Sequence record: SRR2962707_1517
Strand: one strand, 5' to 3'
DNA: 40,026 bases
The notes under the pieces were generated by a model. It ran no database searches and was not told where the DNA came from. It saw only the letters and a program-made list of their open reading frames with translations. This document shows positions 9,163 through 18,345 of this stretch, piece after piece (position 1 is the first letter of the stretch; each line of letters starts with the position of its first letter). Made by a program: the position numbers and the translations under genes.

Positions 9163-10215
9163 TCAATCCTCTGACCTTAACCGTCCGACAATCCCTGTGG
9201 GAAAGAAGTAGACACTTAGGATGAACAGCACGCCGAGCCACAACAACCAGCGGTCGGGATCAAGCAATTGCGGAATGAACGGCAACCCCTCGGTCGCACC
9301 GGAGGCGACACCCATCAGGTTCTGCAGATAGTTCTGCGCCAGCACGAAAATCGTGACGCCAATCACCGCGCCATACATCGTTCCCATGCCGCCGATCACC
9401 ACCATCAACAAAATGTCGAGCATGATCTCGAACGACAGCGTTGTGGCCGGGCCGACATAGCGCAACCAGATGGCAAACAGGCTTCCGGCAAGAGCTGCCA
9501 CTGCAGCCGACAGGCAGGTGGCAAGCGTCCGGTAGAAAACCACACGGTAGCCGATCGCCTCGGCGCGGAAATCATTTTCCCGGATTGCCTTCAATACCCG
9601 TCCAAAAGGGGAATTGACGATCCTGAGCAGCAGCAGGAACAGGGCCAGCGAGGCGAAGAACACGAGGTAGTAATTCAGCAGCTTGCCGGTGATGCTTACC
9701 CCGAACAGTTTGCCGAGCCGGAAGGCAGGCGTCAGTTCGCGCGGGATCGAGTAATTCAGGCCATCCTCACCGCCGGTCAGGCCCGAAAGCTGGCTGACAA
9801 GCACTGCCACGGCAGAAGCCACGGCAAGCGTGATCATGGCAAAGAAGATCGCCCGGACCCGCAGCGAAAACAGCCCGATCAGCAATGCGAGCAGGGCGGC
9901 GGCAATGGCTCCGGAAATGGTGCCGACGATCAATGCATCGTACCCCCGGCCCATGTGGGTGGAGGCCAGTGCCACACCATAGGCGCCGAGGCCAAAGAAC
10001 ATGGTGTGGGCGAAGCTGACAATGCCTGAATATCCGAGCAGCAAATCATAGCTCGCCACAAGCACGATGAAGATGCAGATTCGTGCTGCGGTTTCGAGCG
10101 AGCGGACGCCGGGGAACAGGAACGGCGCAAAGGCCAGTCCGGCAAGAATGGCGAGCAGCAGGATTGTCAGGATCAGAGAGCGCGGGCGGTCGCCGGAAAG
10201 GATGTTTGTCAGCAT
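9163..10215 (-). CDS. HAAT (Liv-type) ABC transporter permease, LivM-like
   Basis: DLLLGYSGIVSFAHTMFFGLGAY, LTGGEDG, SPFGRVLKAIREN, VIGGMGT; many TM segments. Confidence 0.92.
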   Translation of the reverse strand: MLTNILSGDRPRSLILTILLLAILAGLAFAPFLFPGVRSLETAARICIFIVLVASYDLLLGYSGIVSFAHTMFFGLGAYGVALASTHMGRGYDALIVGTISGAIAAALLALLIGLFSLRVRAIFFAMITLAVASAVAVLVSQLSGLTGGEDGLNYSIPRELTPAFRLGKLFGVSITGKLLNYYLVFFASLALFLLLLRIVNSPFGRVLKAIRENDFRAEAIGYRVVFYRTLATCLSAAVAALAGSLFAIWLRYVGPATTLSFEIMLDILLMVVIGGMGTMYGAVIGVTIFVLAQNYLQNLMGVASGATEGLPFIPQLLDPDRWLLWLGVLFILSVYFFPTGIVGRLRSED

Positions 10216-10216
10216 C

Positions 10217-11248
10217 TTACTTCGCCTTCACAACGGGCATCATGCCTTGCGGCCGCCACATCAGGATGGCCGTCATCAGCGCGATGTTGGAGATCAACGC
10301 CAGCTTGGGTTCGAGAAACGCCACGTAGTTCTGCAGCAGCCCGACCAGCAGCGCGCCGATGAAGGCTCCCTCGACCGAGCCGAGGCCGCCGATGATGACT
10401 ACAATAAAGACCAGGATCATCATTTCCTCGCCCATGCCAGCGGTGATGACTTCCTGGTAGAGCCCCCACATCACGCCACCGAGACCAGCGAGCGCTGAAC
10501 CGGCGATGAAAACGCCGATGAACACCAATTTCAGACGATAGCCCAGCGCCTCGACCATTTCGCCGTTCTGTACACCGGCCCGGACGATCAGTCCGATCTT
10601 GGTGCGCTTGAGAACCAGCCGCATCGCCACGAACAGCGCCAGTCCGACGACCACTGCCAGCAACCGGTATTTTTCGATCGCGGCACCGGCAAAGGTGACG
10701 GCGCCTTTGAGTGTTTCGGGCCGGGTGAGATAGATCTCGTCGGGGCCCCAGATGACCTGGATCAGCTGTTCGATGACGATGAGGCCGCCGACTGTCACCA
10801 GGATCTGCTTGAGATGCGCGCCATAGACCGGCCGAACGATCACCCGTTCAAAGCCCCAGCCCAGCGCGCCGGTGACGCACATGGCGGCAACCACCGCAGC
10901 CATCACCGCCGCCACATTGAGGATCAGCGATGGTGCCCCGGTCCAGCCCTCAAGCGCCAGCAGCGCCGATATGCCGACATAGGCGCCCACCGAGATGAAG
11001 GCGCCATGGCCGAAATTGATCACGTCCATGAGGCCGAAGACGAGTGTCAACCCGGAGGCCATGATGAAGATCATCATCCCCATTGCCAGGCCGGAAACCG
11101 TCAGTGTGAGCCAGCTCGATGTCGAGCCGATCGACAGGAACCCAAGCACCACCAGGACAGGAACCAGCAGCAACGGCATCATTTTGCCGATGCTGTCTGT
11201 GAGCGAGAGTTGCGCGTATTTCGGCGCGTGATCGGGTGCGGCAGCCAT
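10217..11248 (-). CDS. HAAT (Liv-type) ABC transporter permease, LivH-like
   Basis: GLTLVFGLMDVINFGHG, TKIGLIVRAG, VIIGGLGSVEGA, RPQG. Confidence 0.92.
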   Translation of the reverse strand: MAAAPDHAPKYAQLSLTDSIGKMMPLLLVPVLVVLGFLSIGSTSSWLTLTVSGLAMGMMIFIMASGLTLVFGLMDVINFGHGAFISVGAYVGISALLALEGWTGAPSLILNVAAVMAAVVAAMCVTGALGWGFERVIVRPVYGAHLKQILVTVGGLIVIEQLIQVIWGPDEIYLTRPETLKGAVTFAGAAIEKYRLLAVVVGLALFVAMRLVLKRTKIGLIVRAGVQNGEMVEALGYRLKLVFIGVFIAGSALAGLGGVMWGLYQEVITAGMGEEMMILVFIVVIIGGLGSVEGAFIGALLVGLLQNYVAFLEPKLALISNIALMTAILMWRPQGMMPVVKAK

Positions 11249-11249
11249 A

Positions 11250-11972
11250 TCAATGCGCCTCCATGCTCAGGCCCATCAGGCGTTCCTGCAGCGTTGCGTC
11301 CCGGGCGAGCTCGGCCATTTCTCCGGCCCAGACGATCCGGCCGTCATCCATCACAGCTGCGGTGTCGCCGAGCGCCTTGGCGACAGCAAAATTCTGTTCG
11401 ACCAGCAGGATCGAAGCGCCTTTGTTCTTCAGATCCCGAAGTGCGCCTGCCATGGTCGAGATGATCGCCGGCGCCAAGCCCTTGGTCGGTTCATCAATCA
11501 GGTAGAGCTGCCGCTCTTCGGCCATGGCGCGGGCAATGGACAGCATCTGCTTCTGGCCCCCGGACAGATTGCCCGCCTCGGATCGCCAGAAAGTGCGCAA
11601 GGGCGGGAAGGTTTCGAAAATCCATTCTAGGCGGGCCGGATCGAGCGGACCGGAGGCTGCCGCGAGTATCATGTTTTCTTCCACCGTCAGGTCGGAAAAA
11701 ATGCCCATGTCCTCAGGCACGAAGCCGATACCGGCGCGGGCCCGGGCAGGGGTCGGCATGGTGGTGATGTCAGTGCCGTTGAAATGAAGGCTGCCGGTTT
11801 TCGCCTGCCAGTGTCCGATGATGGTGCGCAGCGTCGTGGTCTTGCCGACGCCGTTGCGGCCCAGAAGCATGGTCACGCCGCCGCGCGGCACGGTGAGCTC
11901 AACGCCTTGCAGGATGTGATACTGCGCAATGTCGGTGTGAATGCCGGAGAGTTCGAGGATCGGATCAGACAT
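11250..11972 (-). CDS. HAAT ABC transporter ATP-binding protein, LivF-like
   Basis: GRNGVGKTT Walker A, LSGGQKQML, LIDEPTKGLAP, LVEQN. Start at MSDPILEL. Confidence 0.93.
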   Translation of the reverse strand: MSDPILELSGIHTDIAQYHILQGVELTVPRGGVTMLLGRNGVGKTTTLRTIIGHWQAKTGSLHFNGTDITTMPTPARARAGIGFVPEDMGIFSDLTVEENMILAAASGPLDPARLEWIFETFPPLRTFWRSEAGNLSGGQKQMLSIARAMAEERQLYLIDEPTKGLAPAIISTMAGALRDLKNKGASILLVEQNFAVAKALGDTAAVMDDGRIVWAGEMAELARDATLQERLMGLSMEAH

Positions 11973-12729
11973 CGGCGAGGTCCCGTCCCATATAGGCTTC
12001 CTGCACAACGTCCGAGGCCATGACCGTGAACGGGTCGCCGTCGGCTGCAAGTTCGCCGTTGTGCAAAACAATGATGCGGTCGGCGAGCGAGCGGATGACA
12101 TCCATCTTGTGCTCGACCAGCAGGATCGTCCGCTCGGTATCGGCCTTGAGTTCGGCAATCAGGTCGAGCACCAGCGGGGCTTCGTCAACACTCATGCCGG
12201 CGGTTGGCTCGTCAAACATGTAAACGGCAGGCTCGAGTGCGATCAGGATGGCCACCTCCAGCTTGCGCTGGTTGCCATGGCTTAGTCCGCCAACCTTCTG
12301 TTCGCTCAGGTTCTGGAGGCGAACCCGGTCCAGAATGGCCATGGCAGCGACCGTCAATTCGGTGTGCGCACTTGCCATGGAGAACAGGTTGAAGCCCATC
12401 CTGCGCCGGGCCTGGATGACCAGTCGGACATTTTCAAGAACCGTGAGATCGGGAAACAGATTGGTCAACTGGAAGGCGCGACCCAGCCCCTTGTGGCAGC
12501 GCGTGGCCACAGGGTCGCGGGTCACATCTTCGCCCATCAGCCGCACGGTTCCTGCGGAAGCCGTGATCTGACCGGAAATCAGATTGAAATAGGTTGTCTT
12601 GCCTGCGCCATTTGGACCGACGATCGCGGTCAGCTCGCCGGCGCGAAAGCCGCAGGTCACCGCGTCCACTGCCACATGGCCGCCAAAGCGGACCGTCAGC
12701 CCGTCTGTTTCCAGAAGCATCTGTGTCAT
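11965..12729 (-). CDS. HAAT ABC transporter ATP-binding protein, LivG-like
   Basis: GPNGAGKTT, LSHGNQRKLE, FDEPTAGM, VEHKM, VQEAYMG. Start at MTQMLL. Confidence 0.93.
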   Translation of the reverse strand: MTQMLLETDGLTVRFGGHVAVDAVTCGFRAGELTAIVGPNGAGKTTYFNLISGQITASAGTVRLMGEDVTRDPVATRCHKGLGRAFQLTNLFPDLTVLENVRLVIQARRRMGFNLFSMASAHTELTVAAMAILDRVRLQNLSEQKVGGLSHGNQRKLEVAILIALEPAVYMFDEPTAGMSVDEAPLVLDLIAELKADTERTILLVEHKMDVIRSLADRIIVLHNGELAADGDPFTVMASDVVQEAYMGRDLADV

Positions 12730-12760
12730 GGCGCACCTGTGAAGGAGAAGGGTGGGGAAG

Positions 12761-12784
12761 GCGGGCGCCATGGCTGACGCCCGC
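12761..12784 (-). other. Intercistronic stem-loop after the binding-protein gene
   Basis: Minus strand GCGGGCGTCA-GCCA-TGGCGCCCGC; typical position for an mRNA-stabilising hairpin in ABC operons. Confidence 0.55.
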
Positions 12785-12795
12785 GGTCTGAAGCA

Positions 12796-13974
12796 TCAGT
12801 TGCGGACTGGAATGTCCATATCGTCGATGCCGATCTCACGCACCAGAACCGGTACGCCATAATCCTTGCCGTCCTGGATTTCGGTGCGGAAATGATACAT
12901 CGACTGCAGCGCCTGGTGGTCTTCCTTGCGGAAGCGCATCAGGCCCTTCGGTGTCTCCCATTCCATGCCTTCCATCGCGGTGATCAGGGCCTCGGTGTCG
13001 GTGGAGCCTGCCTTCTTGATGGCTTCGACCACGGCAATGCCGGCTGCCATGCCACCTGCGGTGAAGAAATCCGGAGGCGAGCCAAAGCGATTCATGTGCT
13101 CCTTGACCAGCCAGTCATTGACCGGGTTTTTGGGGATTTCGTAGTAGTAGTAGGTCGCACCCTCCATGCCCGGCAGTTCCTTGTAGGCCTTCAGCGCCGC
13201 CAGGATGTTGCCACCTGTGGCAATCTCGATGCCGAAGCGCGACGGGTCCATGGCATTGATCTTGCCCATCGGATTGCCGCCGCCGGCCCAGATGATGAAC
13301 AGCTTCTTCTTGCCTTCAATGTCGCCCATGGCGTTGAAGATGCGCTCCGCCGCCGCGGTAAAGTCTGTCGTGTCGGTCGGCACATATTCTTCGTGGGCAA
13401 TCTTGGCGCCCGAACTGGCCAGTGCATCCCGGAAGGCAGCTACGCCATCGCGTCCGAAAGCGTAGTCCTGAGCCAGGGTTGTGATCGTCACGCCCTCGCC
13501 ACCCAAAGCCACCGCATTGGAAATGGCGTCCTGGGAAGAATTGCGCCCGGTGCGGAAGATGAACCGGTTCCAGTTTTCTCCGGTGATTGAGTCTGCCACT
13601 GCAGGTTCCACGATCAGGATCTTCTCGTATTCCTCGGCAACCGGAAGCATCGCCAGGGCCACGCCTGAGCTTACTGGTCCGACGGCGATGTCAGCCTCAT
13701 CATCGCCATAGGCTTCAGCCAGCACAGCCTTGCCTATGTCGGGCTTGATCTGGGTGTCTTTTTCGATCACGACGATCTTGTCGCCATTGATCTCCATGGT
13801 GCCGCCGGTGGCATATTCCAGGCCGAGCATCAGCCCGGTGTGCGACTGGGCCGCATAGGCCTCAAGCGCTCCGGTTTTCCCATACACATGGGCAACGCGG
13901 ATGTCATCGGCAATCGCCGGAGCAGCCAGCATGATGGCTGCTGCCCCTGTTGCTAACATCGTCTTCATCTTCAT
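12796..13974 (-). CDS. HAAT ABC transporter periplasmic substrate-binding protein
   Basis: Sec signal MKMKTMLATGAAAIMLAAPAIA-DD, type 1 PBP features (GPVSSGVALA, NRFIFRTG, DYAFGRDG, TPKG). GGAGGAG RBS upstream of ATG 13974. Confidence 0.92.
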   Translation of the reverse strand: MKMKTMLATGAAAIMLAAPAIADDIRVAHVYGKTGALEAYAAQSHTGLMLGLEYATGGTMEINGDKIVVIEKDTQIKPDIGKAVLAEAYGDDEADIAVGPVSSGVALAMLPVAEEYEKILIVEPAVADSITGENWNRFIFRTGRNSSQDAISNAVALGGEGVTITTLAQDYAFGRDGVAAFRDALASSGAKIAHEEYVPTDTTDFTAAAERIFNAMGDIEGKKKLFIIWAGGGNPMGKINAMDPSRFGIEIATGGNILAALKAYKELPGMEGATYYYYEIPKNPVNDWLVKEHMNRFGSPPDFFTAGGMAAGIAVVEAIKKAGSTDTEALITAMEGMEWETPKGLMRFRKEDHQALQSMYHFRTEIQDGKDYGVPVLVREIGIDDMDIPVRN

Positions 13975-14017
13975 TTCGGGTCTCCTCCCTGAGCGAACAA
14001 CGGTGAAAACATGAAAC

Positions 14018-14038
14018 ATGAATCAATATTCATGTCAA
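14018..14038 (-). promoter_or_regulatory. Putative TetR operator (copy 2) abutting a consensus -35 of the ABC operon promoter
   Basis: ATGAAT-CAAT-ATTCAT at 14018-14033; minus-strand TTGACA at 14038-14033 overlaps its edge. Confidence 0.75.
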
Positions 14039-14308
14039 TGATCAGGCGAGTGCATGGGGTTCCCGAAAAGGAAGGGCAGTCTCTTCCAGTCTCGCATGAA
14101 AACGGGCGAAGAAATTTGATGTCGATTGGTATTGTGGCGTATCAGCCGATCGGCATTTTGCATACGATGACCGGGTTCATTTGCGCGGCCAAGGCACCGG
14201 TGTGATGGTTCCTGGGTTGCCGGAAACGGCATGGCGCGGCACCCCCGAAATAGCCATGATACTGCTGCGAGGGGGCGAAAGAGCACAAGAATTGTCATGC
14301 CTCTGAAA

Positions 14309-14337
14309 AATATGAAATTTCATGGGCCTGCCGTCAA
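14309..14337 (-). promoter_or_regulatory. Sigma70-type promoter with an overlapping 12-bp palindrome
   Basis: Minus strand (C)TTGACG-N17-CATATT; perfect palindrome ATGAAATTTCAT at 14312-14323. Confidence 0.55.
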
Positions 14338-14623
14338 GACCCCAGTCCAAAAGAGTGCGTTTTCATATTTTAAGCTTGAAGTGAATAGAAAGCTGTGTGA
14401 GCTTTCGTTTCAGACGCTGCGGTTGGAGTTGACGTGACGAATGGGCGCTACAGTCAAAATATTTGCGTATGCATGCAATCGCTCTCGCATGGCCGATTGC
14501 CAGAGCAGGGCAAGCCGGTGCGACGCGGTTGGGGTTCGGCTGTTTGATGTGCTGCAGGTGCCGATTGGCGCAACGACGGTTTTACCCGGTAAATGATCAA
14601 TTGTGTTTTCCAGGATGGATAGA

Positions 14624-15700
14624 ATGAAGATTGTTGTAATCGGTGGTGGTAACGGATCCTACGCGGCGGCAGCAGATTTTGCCGAGGCGGGTCACAATGT
14701 GCGCTGGTGGCGGCGCAACGCCAGTGACTTTGCGGACGTGACGAAGGCCGGCGGCATTGTCGTGACCGATTTCAAAGGCAGCCGGCCGGTTAAACTGGTG
14801 CCGACCGATGATCTGGCTGCCGCGATGGCAGGCGCCGAACTGATTGTTGCGCCTACGCCTGCCAACGCCCAGGCGGATATTGCCGACAAGCTGGCTCCCC
14901 ATATGGCTGACGGGCAGGTGATTTTTCTGCCACCGGGCACATTCGGATCCTACATCATGATGAAGCGGATGCGCGACGCAGGTTGTACCGCTGATTTCGC
15001 CATTGCCGAAACCGGTACGCTGCCTTGGCTGACGCGCAAGCAGAGCCAGACCGAGGTTCGGATTTCGACCCGCGCTTCCCGGCTGCCAACCGGTGTGCTG
15101 CCCGCGCGCAAGACCGATGAAGCCATTGCCATTATTGCGCAGGCCTTCCCGGATGCAATCGAGCCCATCGAGGACGCACTGTCGGGCGCGCTTATGAACG
15201 CCGGCCCGATTATCCATCCGCCGCTGATCATGATGAATGCTGGGCCGATTGAGCATTTCGAACGCTGGGACATTCACAACGAGGGCACCCAGCCTGCCAT
15301 TCGCCGGGTCCACACGGCGCTCGACAACGAACGCATCGCCATCCGCGAGGCGCTTGGTTATGGCGCGCCGCATTTCCCTCTTGCCGATCACTACGAGACG
15401 AGCAACTGGATGTATGGCAATCTGGCGCATGACAAGCTGGTTGGCTCCGGCGACTGGCACGAACATCTGGATCTCAAGACCCACCGTTATATGCAGGAAG
15501 ACATCGGCCTCGGCCTTGCTTTTCTGGTGTCGGTCGGGGAGTGGGTCGGGGTGCCTTGTCCGGTGGCGCAGGGGCTTCTGGCGGTGGCCGAAGCGGTCTC
15601 GGAGTGTGATTTCCGCAAGGATGGCAGGACCATGACGACGGTCGGGCTGGCGGACCAGGATCAGGCTTCGGTACAAACCATGCTGCGCGAGGGGCTGTGA
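14624..15700 (+). CDS. NAD/NADP-dependent octopine/nopaline (opine) dehydrogenase family protein
   Basis: KIVVIGGGNG Rossmann motif, AETGTLPW, LMNAGPIIHP, LDNERIAIREALG, HRYMQEDIGLGL. Confidence 0.88.
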   Translation: MKIVVIGGGNGSYAAAADFAEAGHNVRWWRRNASDFADVTKAGGIVVTDFKGSRPVKLVPTDDLAAAMAGAELIVAPTPANAQADIADKLAPHMADGQVIFLPPGTFGSYIMMKRMRDAGCTADFAIAETGTLPWLTRKQSQTEVRISTRASRLPTGVLPARKTDEAIAIIAQAFPDAIEPIEDALSGALMNAGPIIHPPLIMMNAGPIEHFERWDIHNEGTQPAIRRVHTALDNERIAIREALGYGAPHFPLADHYETSNWMYGNLAHDKLVGSGDWHEHLDLKTHRYMQEDIGLGLAFLVSVGEWVGVPCPVAQGLLAVAEAVSECDFRKDGRTMTTVGLADQDQASVQTMLREGL

Positions 15701-16692
15701 TGAGCGCCCGGCCTGCCATCGCCTGTATTGGCGCCGGCCGGATGGGGCGCGGCATTGCGCACAGCGTCGCCTATGCCGGACATCGGGCTGTGCTGGTGGA
15801 TGCCAAGGACCGCAGCGCGGAAGATTTCGCCCGGCTGAGCACCGAGGCTCTGGCTGAAATCAAGGGTGGCCTGGCTTCGGTGGCTGCGCTGGGAGCCTTT
15901 GATGCTGCCGCCATTCCCGCGATCATGGATCGCATCAGCGTCTACAGCCTGGCCGACGCTGATCAGGGGATTGCGGGTTGCGAGATCGTCTTTGAGGCGG
16001 TGCCTGAGGTGCTGGACGCCAAACGCGATGCGTTCGCGCTGTTTGACGCCCATGCCGATGATGACGCGATCCTTGCGTCAACCACGTCCACCATCCTGTC
16101 GACTGAACTCTCCGGGCTGACACAGCGCCCGGAAAATTTTCTCAACGCCCACTGGCTCAATCCTGCCTTTCTGATGCCGCTGATCGAACTCAGCCCAAGC
16201 GATGTGACGACCGAGCGGACGCTCAGCCGTTTGCGTGGACTGCTTGAAGCCATGGGCAAGGTGCCGATCGTCTGCAAGGCTTCACCCGGCTACATCGTTC
16301 CGCGTATTCAGGCGCTTGCCATGAACGAGGCGGCACGTCTGGTCGAAGAGGGCGTGGCAAGCGCCGAGGATGTCGACAAGGCCGTGAAATACGGCTTCGG
16401 GCTTCGCTTCGGTGTTCTGGGGTTGCTGGAATTCATCGACTGGGGCGGGGGCGATATTCTGTATTACGCCAGCAATTATCTGCGCGAGGCTTTTGACGAT
16501 GAGCGCTTCAAGGCGCCTGATGTCATCGTGCAGAACATGAAGGAAGGCCGTATCGGCCTCAAGACCGGTTCAGGATTCTTCGACTATTCCGAAATGGATG
16601 TCGAAGCTTACCGCCAACGCCGCATGGCGGATTTTCTAAAGGCATTGAAGGGAGCCGGAATGACAAGAGGTCCGGTTCTCGACGATCACTGA
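15697..16692 (+). CDS. 3-hydroxyacyl-CoA dehydrogenase family protein
   Basis: IGAGRMGRGIA, FEAVPEVLDAK, ASTTS, HWLNPA...LIE (His-Glu dyad), PGYIVPR, MNEAARLVEEGVAS, GLKTGSGFFDY. Confidence 0.9.
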   Translation: MMSARPAIACIGAGRMGRGIAHSVAYAGHRAVLVDAKDRSAEDFARLSTEALAEIKGGLASVAALGAFDAAAIPAIMDRISVYSLADADQGIAGCEIVFEAVPEVLDAKRDAFALFDAHADDDAILASTTSTILSTELSGLTQRPENFLNAHWLNPAFLMPLIELSPSDVTTERTLSRLRGLLEAMGKVPIVCKASPGYIVPRIQALAMNEAARLVEEGVASAEDVDKAVKYGFGLRFGVLGLLEFIDWGGGDILYYASNYLREAFDDERFKAPDVIVQNMKEGRIGLKTGSGFFDYSEMDVEAYRQRRMADFLKALKGAGMTRGPVLDDH

Positions 16693-16745
16693 CGGCAGCT
16701 TAAAACGGAAGCGATAATTCCGTGCAACCAGAGGAGAATGTAGCA

Positions 16746-17756
16746 ATGAAAAATTCAAACCATCCTGGCCGGCGCATTGCCGGCATGGCCGTGTCGGGCA
16801 CCGCACTGGCGCTTGTTTTCATGGCAAGCACTGCCAACGCCGAAGAAACCCTGCGCGCGATTTCGGCATTTCCGAAGCCGTTGGCTTTTTCGCAGAGCTT
16901 TCAGGGCTTTGCCGATCTCGTCAATGAGAAGGGCAAGGGTGTCATCAAGATTGATTATGTTGGCGGACCGGAGATGTTCCCGTCCAACCAGCAGGTTGAT
17001 GCGGTGCGCCGTGGCGTGATTGACATGCAGTATGGCCCGGCGTCCTATTATCTCGGCACTATGCCCGAAGCAGACGCCTGGGTCGGTTCGACCGTGTCGG
17101 CGATGGAAGCGCGCGCCAATGGCGGTTTCGCGACCATGCAGAAGGCTTTCTCCGAAAAGCTCGGCGTCAATCTGCTTGCTCATCTCGATACCGGCATTCA
17201 GTTTCACGTCTATACGATCGATGAACCCAAGCGCACTGAAGATGGCGGCGTCGATCTCGATGGTTTGCGCATCCGCTCGCAGCCGATCTACAACTCGTTC
17301 TTTGAATCGCTTGGTGCGATCCCGGTCTCGGTGCCGGTGCCGGATGTCTACACCGGCCTCGAACGCCACACCTTCGACGGCTCGGGCTGGCCGATCATCG
17401 CTATCAAGGACCTGTCATGGGACAAGTTCCTGCGTTTCCGGATTGATCCCGGTTTCTTCCAGACCGACCTTGCCGTCGTCATCAATCCGGCGAAGTGGGA
17501 TGCGCTTAGCGATGAGGCCAAGACCATCATCAACGAGGCGGCCGTCGAGTATGAGCAGACGTCCTATGATAATTTCCAGAAGATGATTGCTGAAACGGAC
17601 AAGGCCGTCCGCGATGAAGGCATGCAGGTGATCACACTGGAAGGCGATGCCGCAAACAAGTATCTTGACGGTGCCTTTGAGAGCGCATGGAAGCGGATGA
17701 AGGATGCCGGGTCGGAGCATTACGATGCGCTCCGCAAGGCCTATTACAACCGCTGA
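16746..17756 (+). CDS. dctP: TRAP transporter substrate-binding protein DctP
   Basis: Signal peptide ending ANA-EE; DLDGLRIR with conserved Arg; LGAIPVSVPVPDVYTGLERHTFDG; KWDALS. GAGGAG RBS. Confidence 0.92.
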   Translation: MKNSNHPGRRIAGMAVSGTALALVFMASTANAEETLRAISAFPKPLAFSQSFQGFADLVNEKGKGVIKIDYVGGPEMFPSNQQVDAVRRGVIDMQYGPASYYLGTMPEADAWVGSTVSAMEARANGGFATMQKAFSEKLGVNLLAHLDTGIQFHVYTIDEPKRTEDGGVDLDGLRIRSQPIYNSFFESLGAIPVSVPVPDVYTGLERHTFDGSGWPIIAIKDLSWDKFLRFRIDPGFFQTDLAVVINPAKWDALSDEAKTIINEAAVEYEQTSYDNFQKMIAETDKAVRDEGMQVITLEGDAANKYLDGAFESAWKRMKDAGSEHYDALRKAYYNR

Positions 17757-17764
17757 TGATCCCA

Positions 17765-17795
17765 GCCGGCGGATGCTGTTGTTGTGTCCGCCGGC
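17765..17795 (+). other. Intercistronic stem-loop between dctP and dctQ
   Basis: GCCGGCGGATGC-N7-GTGTCCGCCGGC, 12-bp stem with G-U pairs. Confidence 0.55.
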
Positions 17796-17819
17796 CCTTT
17801 TGGCCACAATGGAGCACTC

Positions 17820-18314
17820 ATGCTTGCGCGTTTCTATGACAGGGTAATCACCGGTCTGGCGGTGACCGGTGGCATTAGCCTGGTCATCATCACCATCGCC
17901 ATCATTATTGATGTTGTCTTGCGCAACACAGGCTTCCGCCCGTCGCAATCGACGAGTGCGCTGGTCGAATATGTCATGCTTTATTCAACCATGGCTGCGG
18001 CCCCCTGGCTGGTGCGCAAGAACGGGCATGTGGCGATTACCTCCTTTATCGAGCGCCTACCGCAGAGGCTCCGCTTTCTGGCCGGTCGCGCAGTACTCAT
18101 CCTGTGCATCTTCGTGCTGGGGCTTTTGTCCTGGCGGTCCAGTGCGGTTGGTCTGGAGATGGTCGCGGCAGGATCGGTGGACATGCGTTCGATCAATATT
18201 CCCTCTTGGGTTCTCTACGCCATGCTGGCGGGCGGGTTCGGGCTGATGACGCTTGAATTTTTGCGCATGCTGCTGCGCGGCAATATCTATACCGGCAACG
18301 AGGCAAGCCATTGA
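17820..18314 (+). CDS. dctQ: TRAP transporter small permease DctQ
   Basis: Four TM segments, DVVLR, VEYVML, GHVAI; located between dctP and dctM. GGAG RBS. Confidence 0.88.
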   Translation: MLARFYDRVITGLAVTGGISLVIITIAIIIDVVLRNTGFRPSQSTSALVEYVMLYSTMAAAPWLVRKNGHVAITSFIERLPQRLRFLAGRAVLILCIFVLGLLSWRSSAVGLEMVAAGSVDMRSINIPSWVLYAMLAGGFGLMTLEFLRMLLRGNIYTGNEASH

Positions 18315-18345
18315 CCCGGCCCCATTATCCTGAATCGAGACGACC

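Noticed and set aside
14218-14231. GAAA-tetraloop hairpin as a c-di-GMP-I or other known riboswitch
   Set aside because: The flanking conserved riboswitch nucleotides are not present; kept only as part of the candidate sRNA finding.
14597-15676. 359-aa minus-strand ORF
   Set aside because: Mirror frame of the opine dehydrogenase; no recognisable domain.
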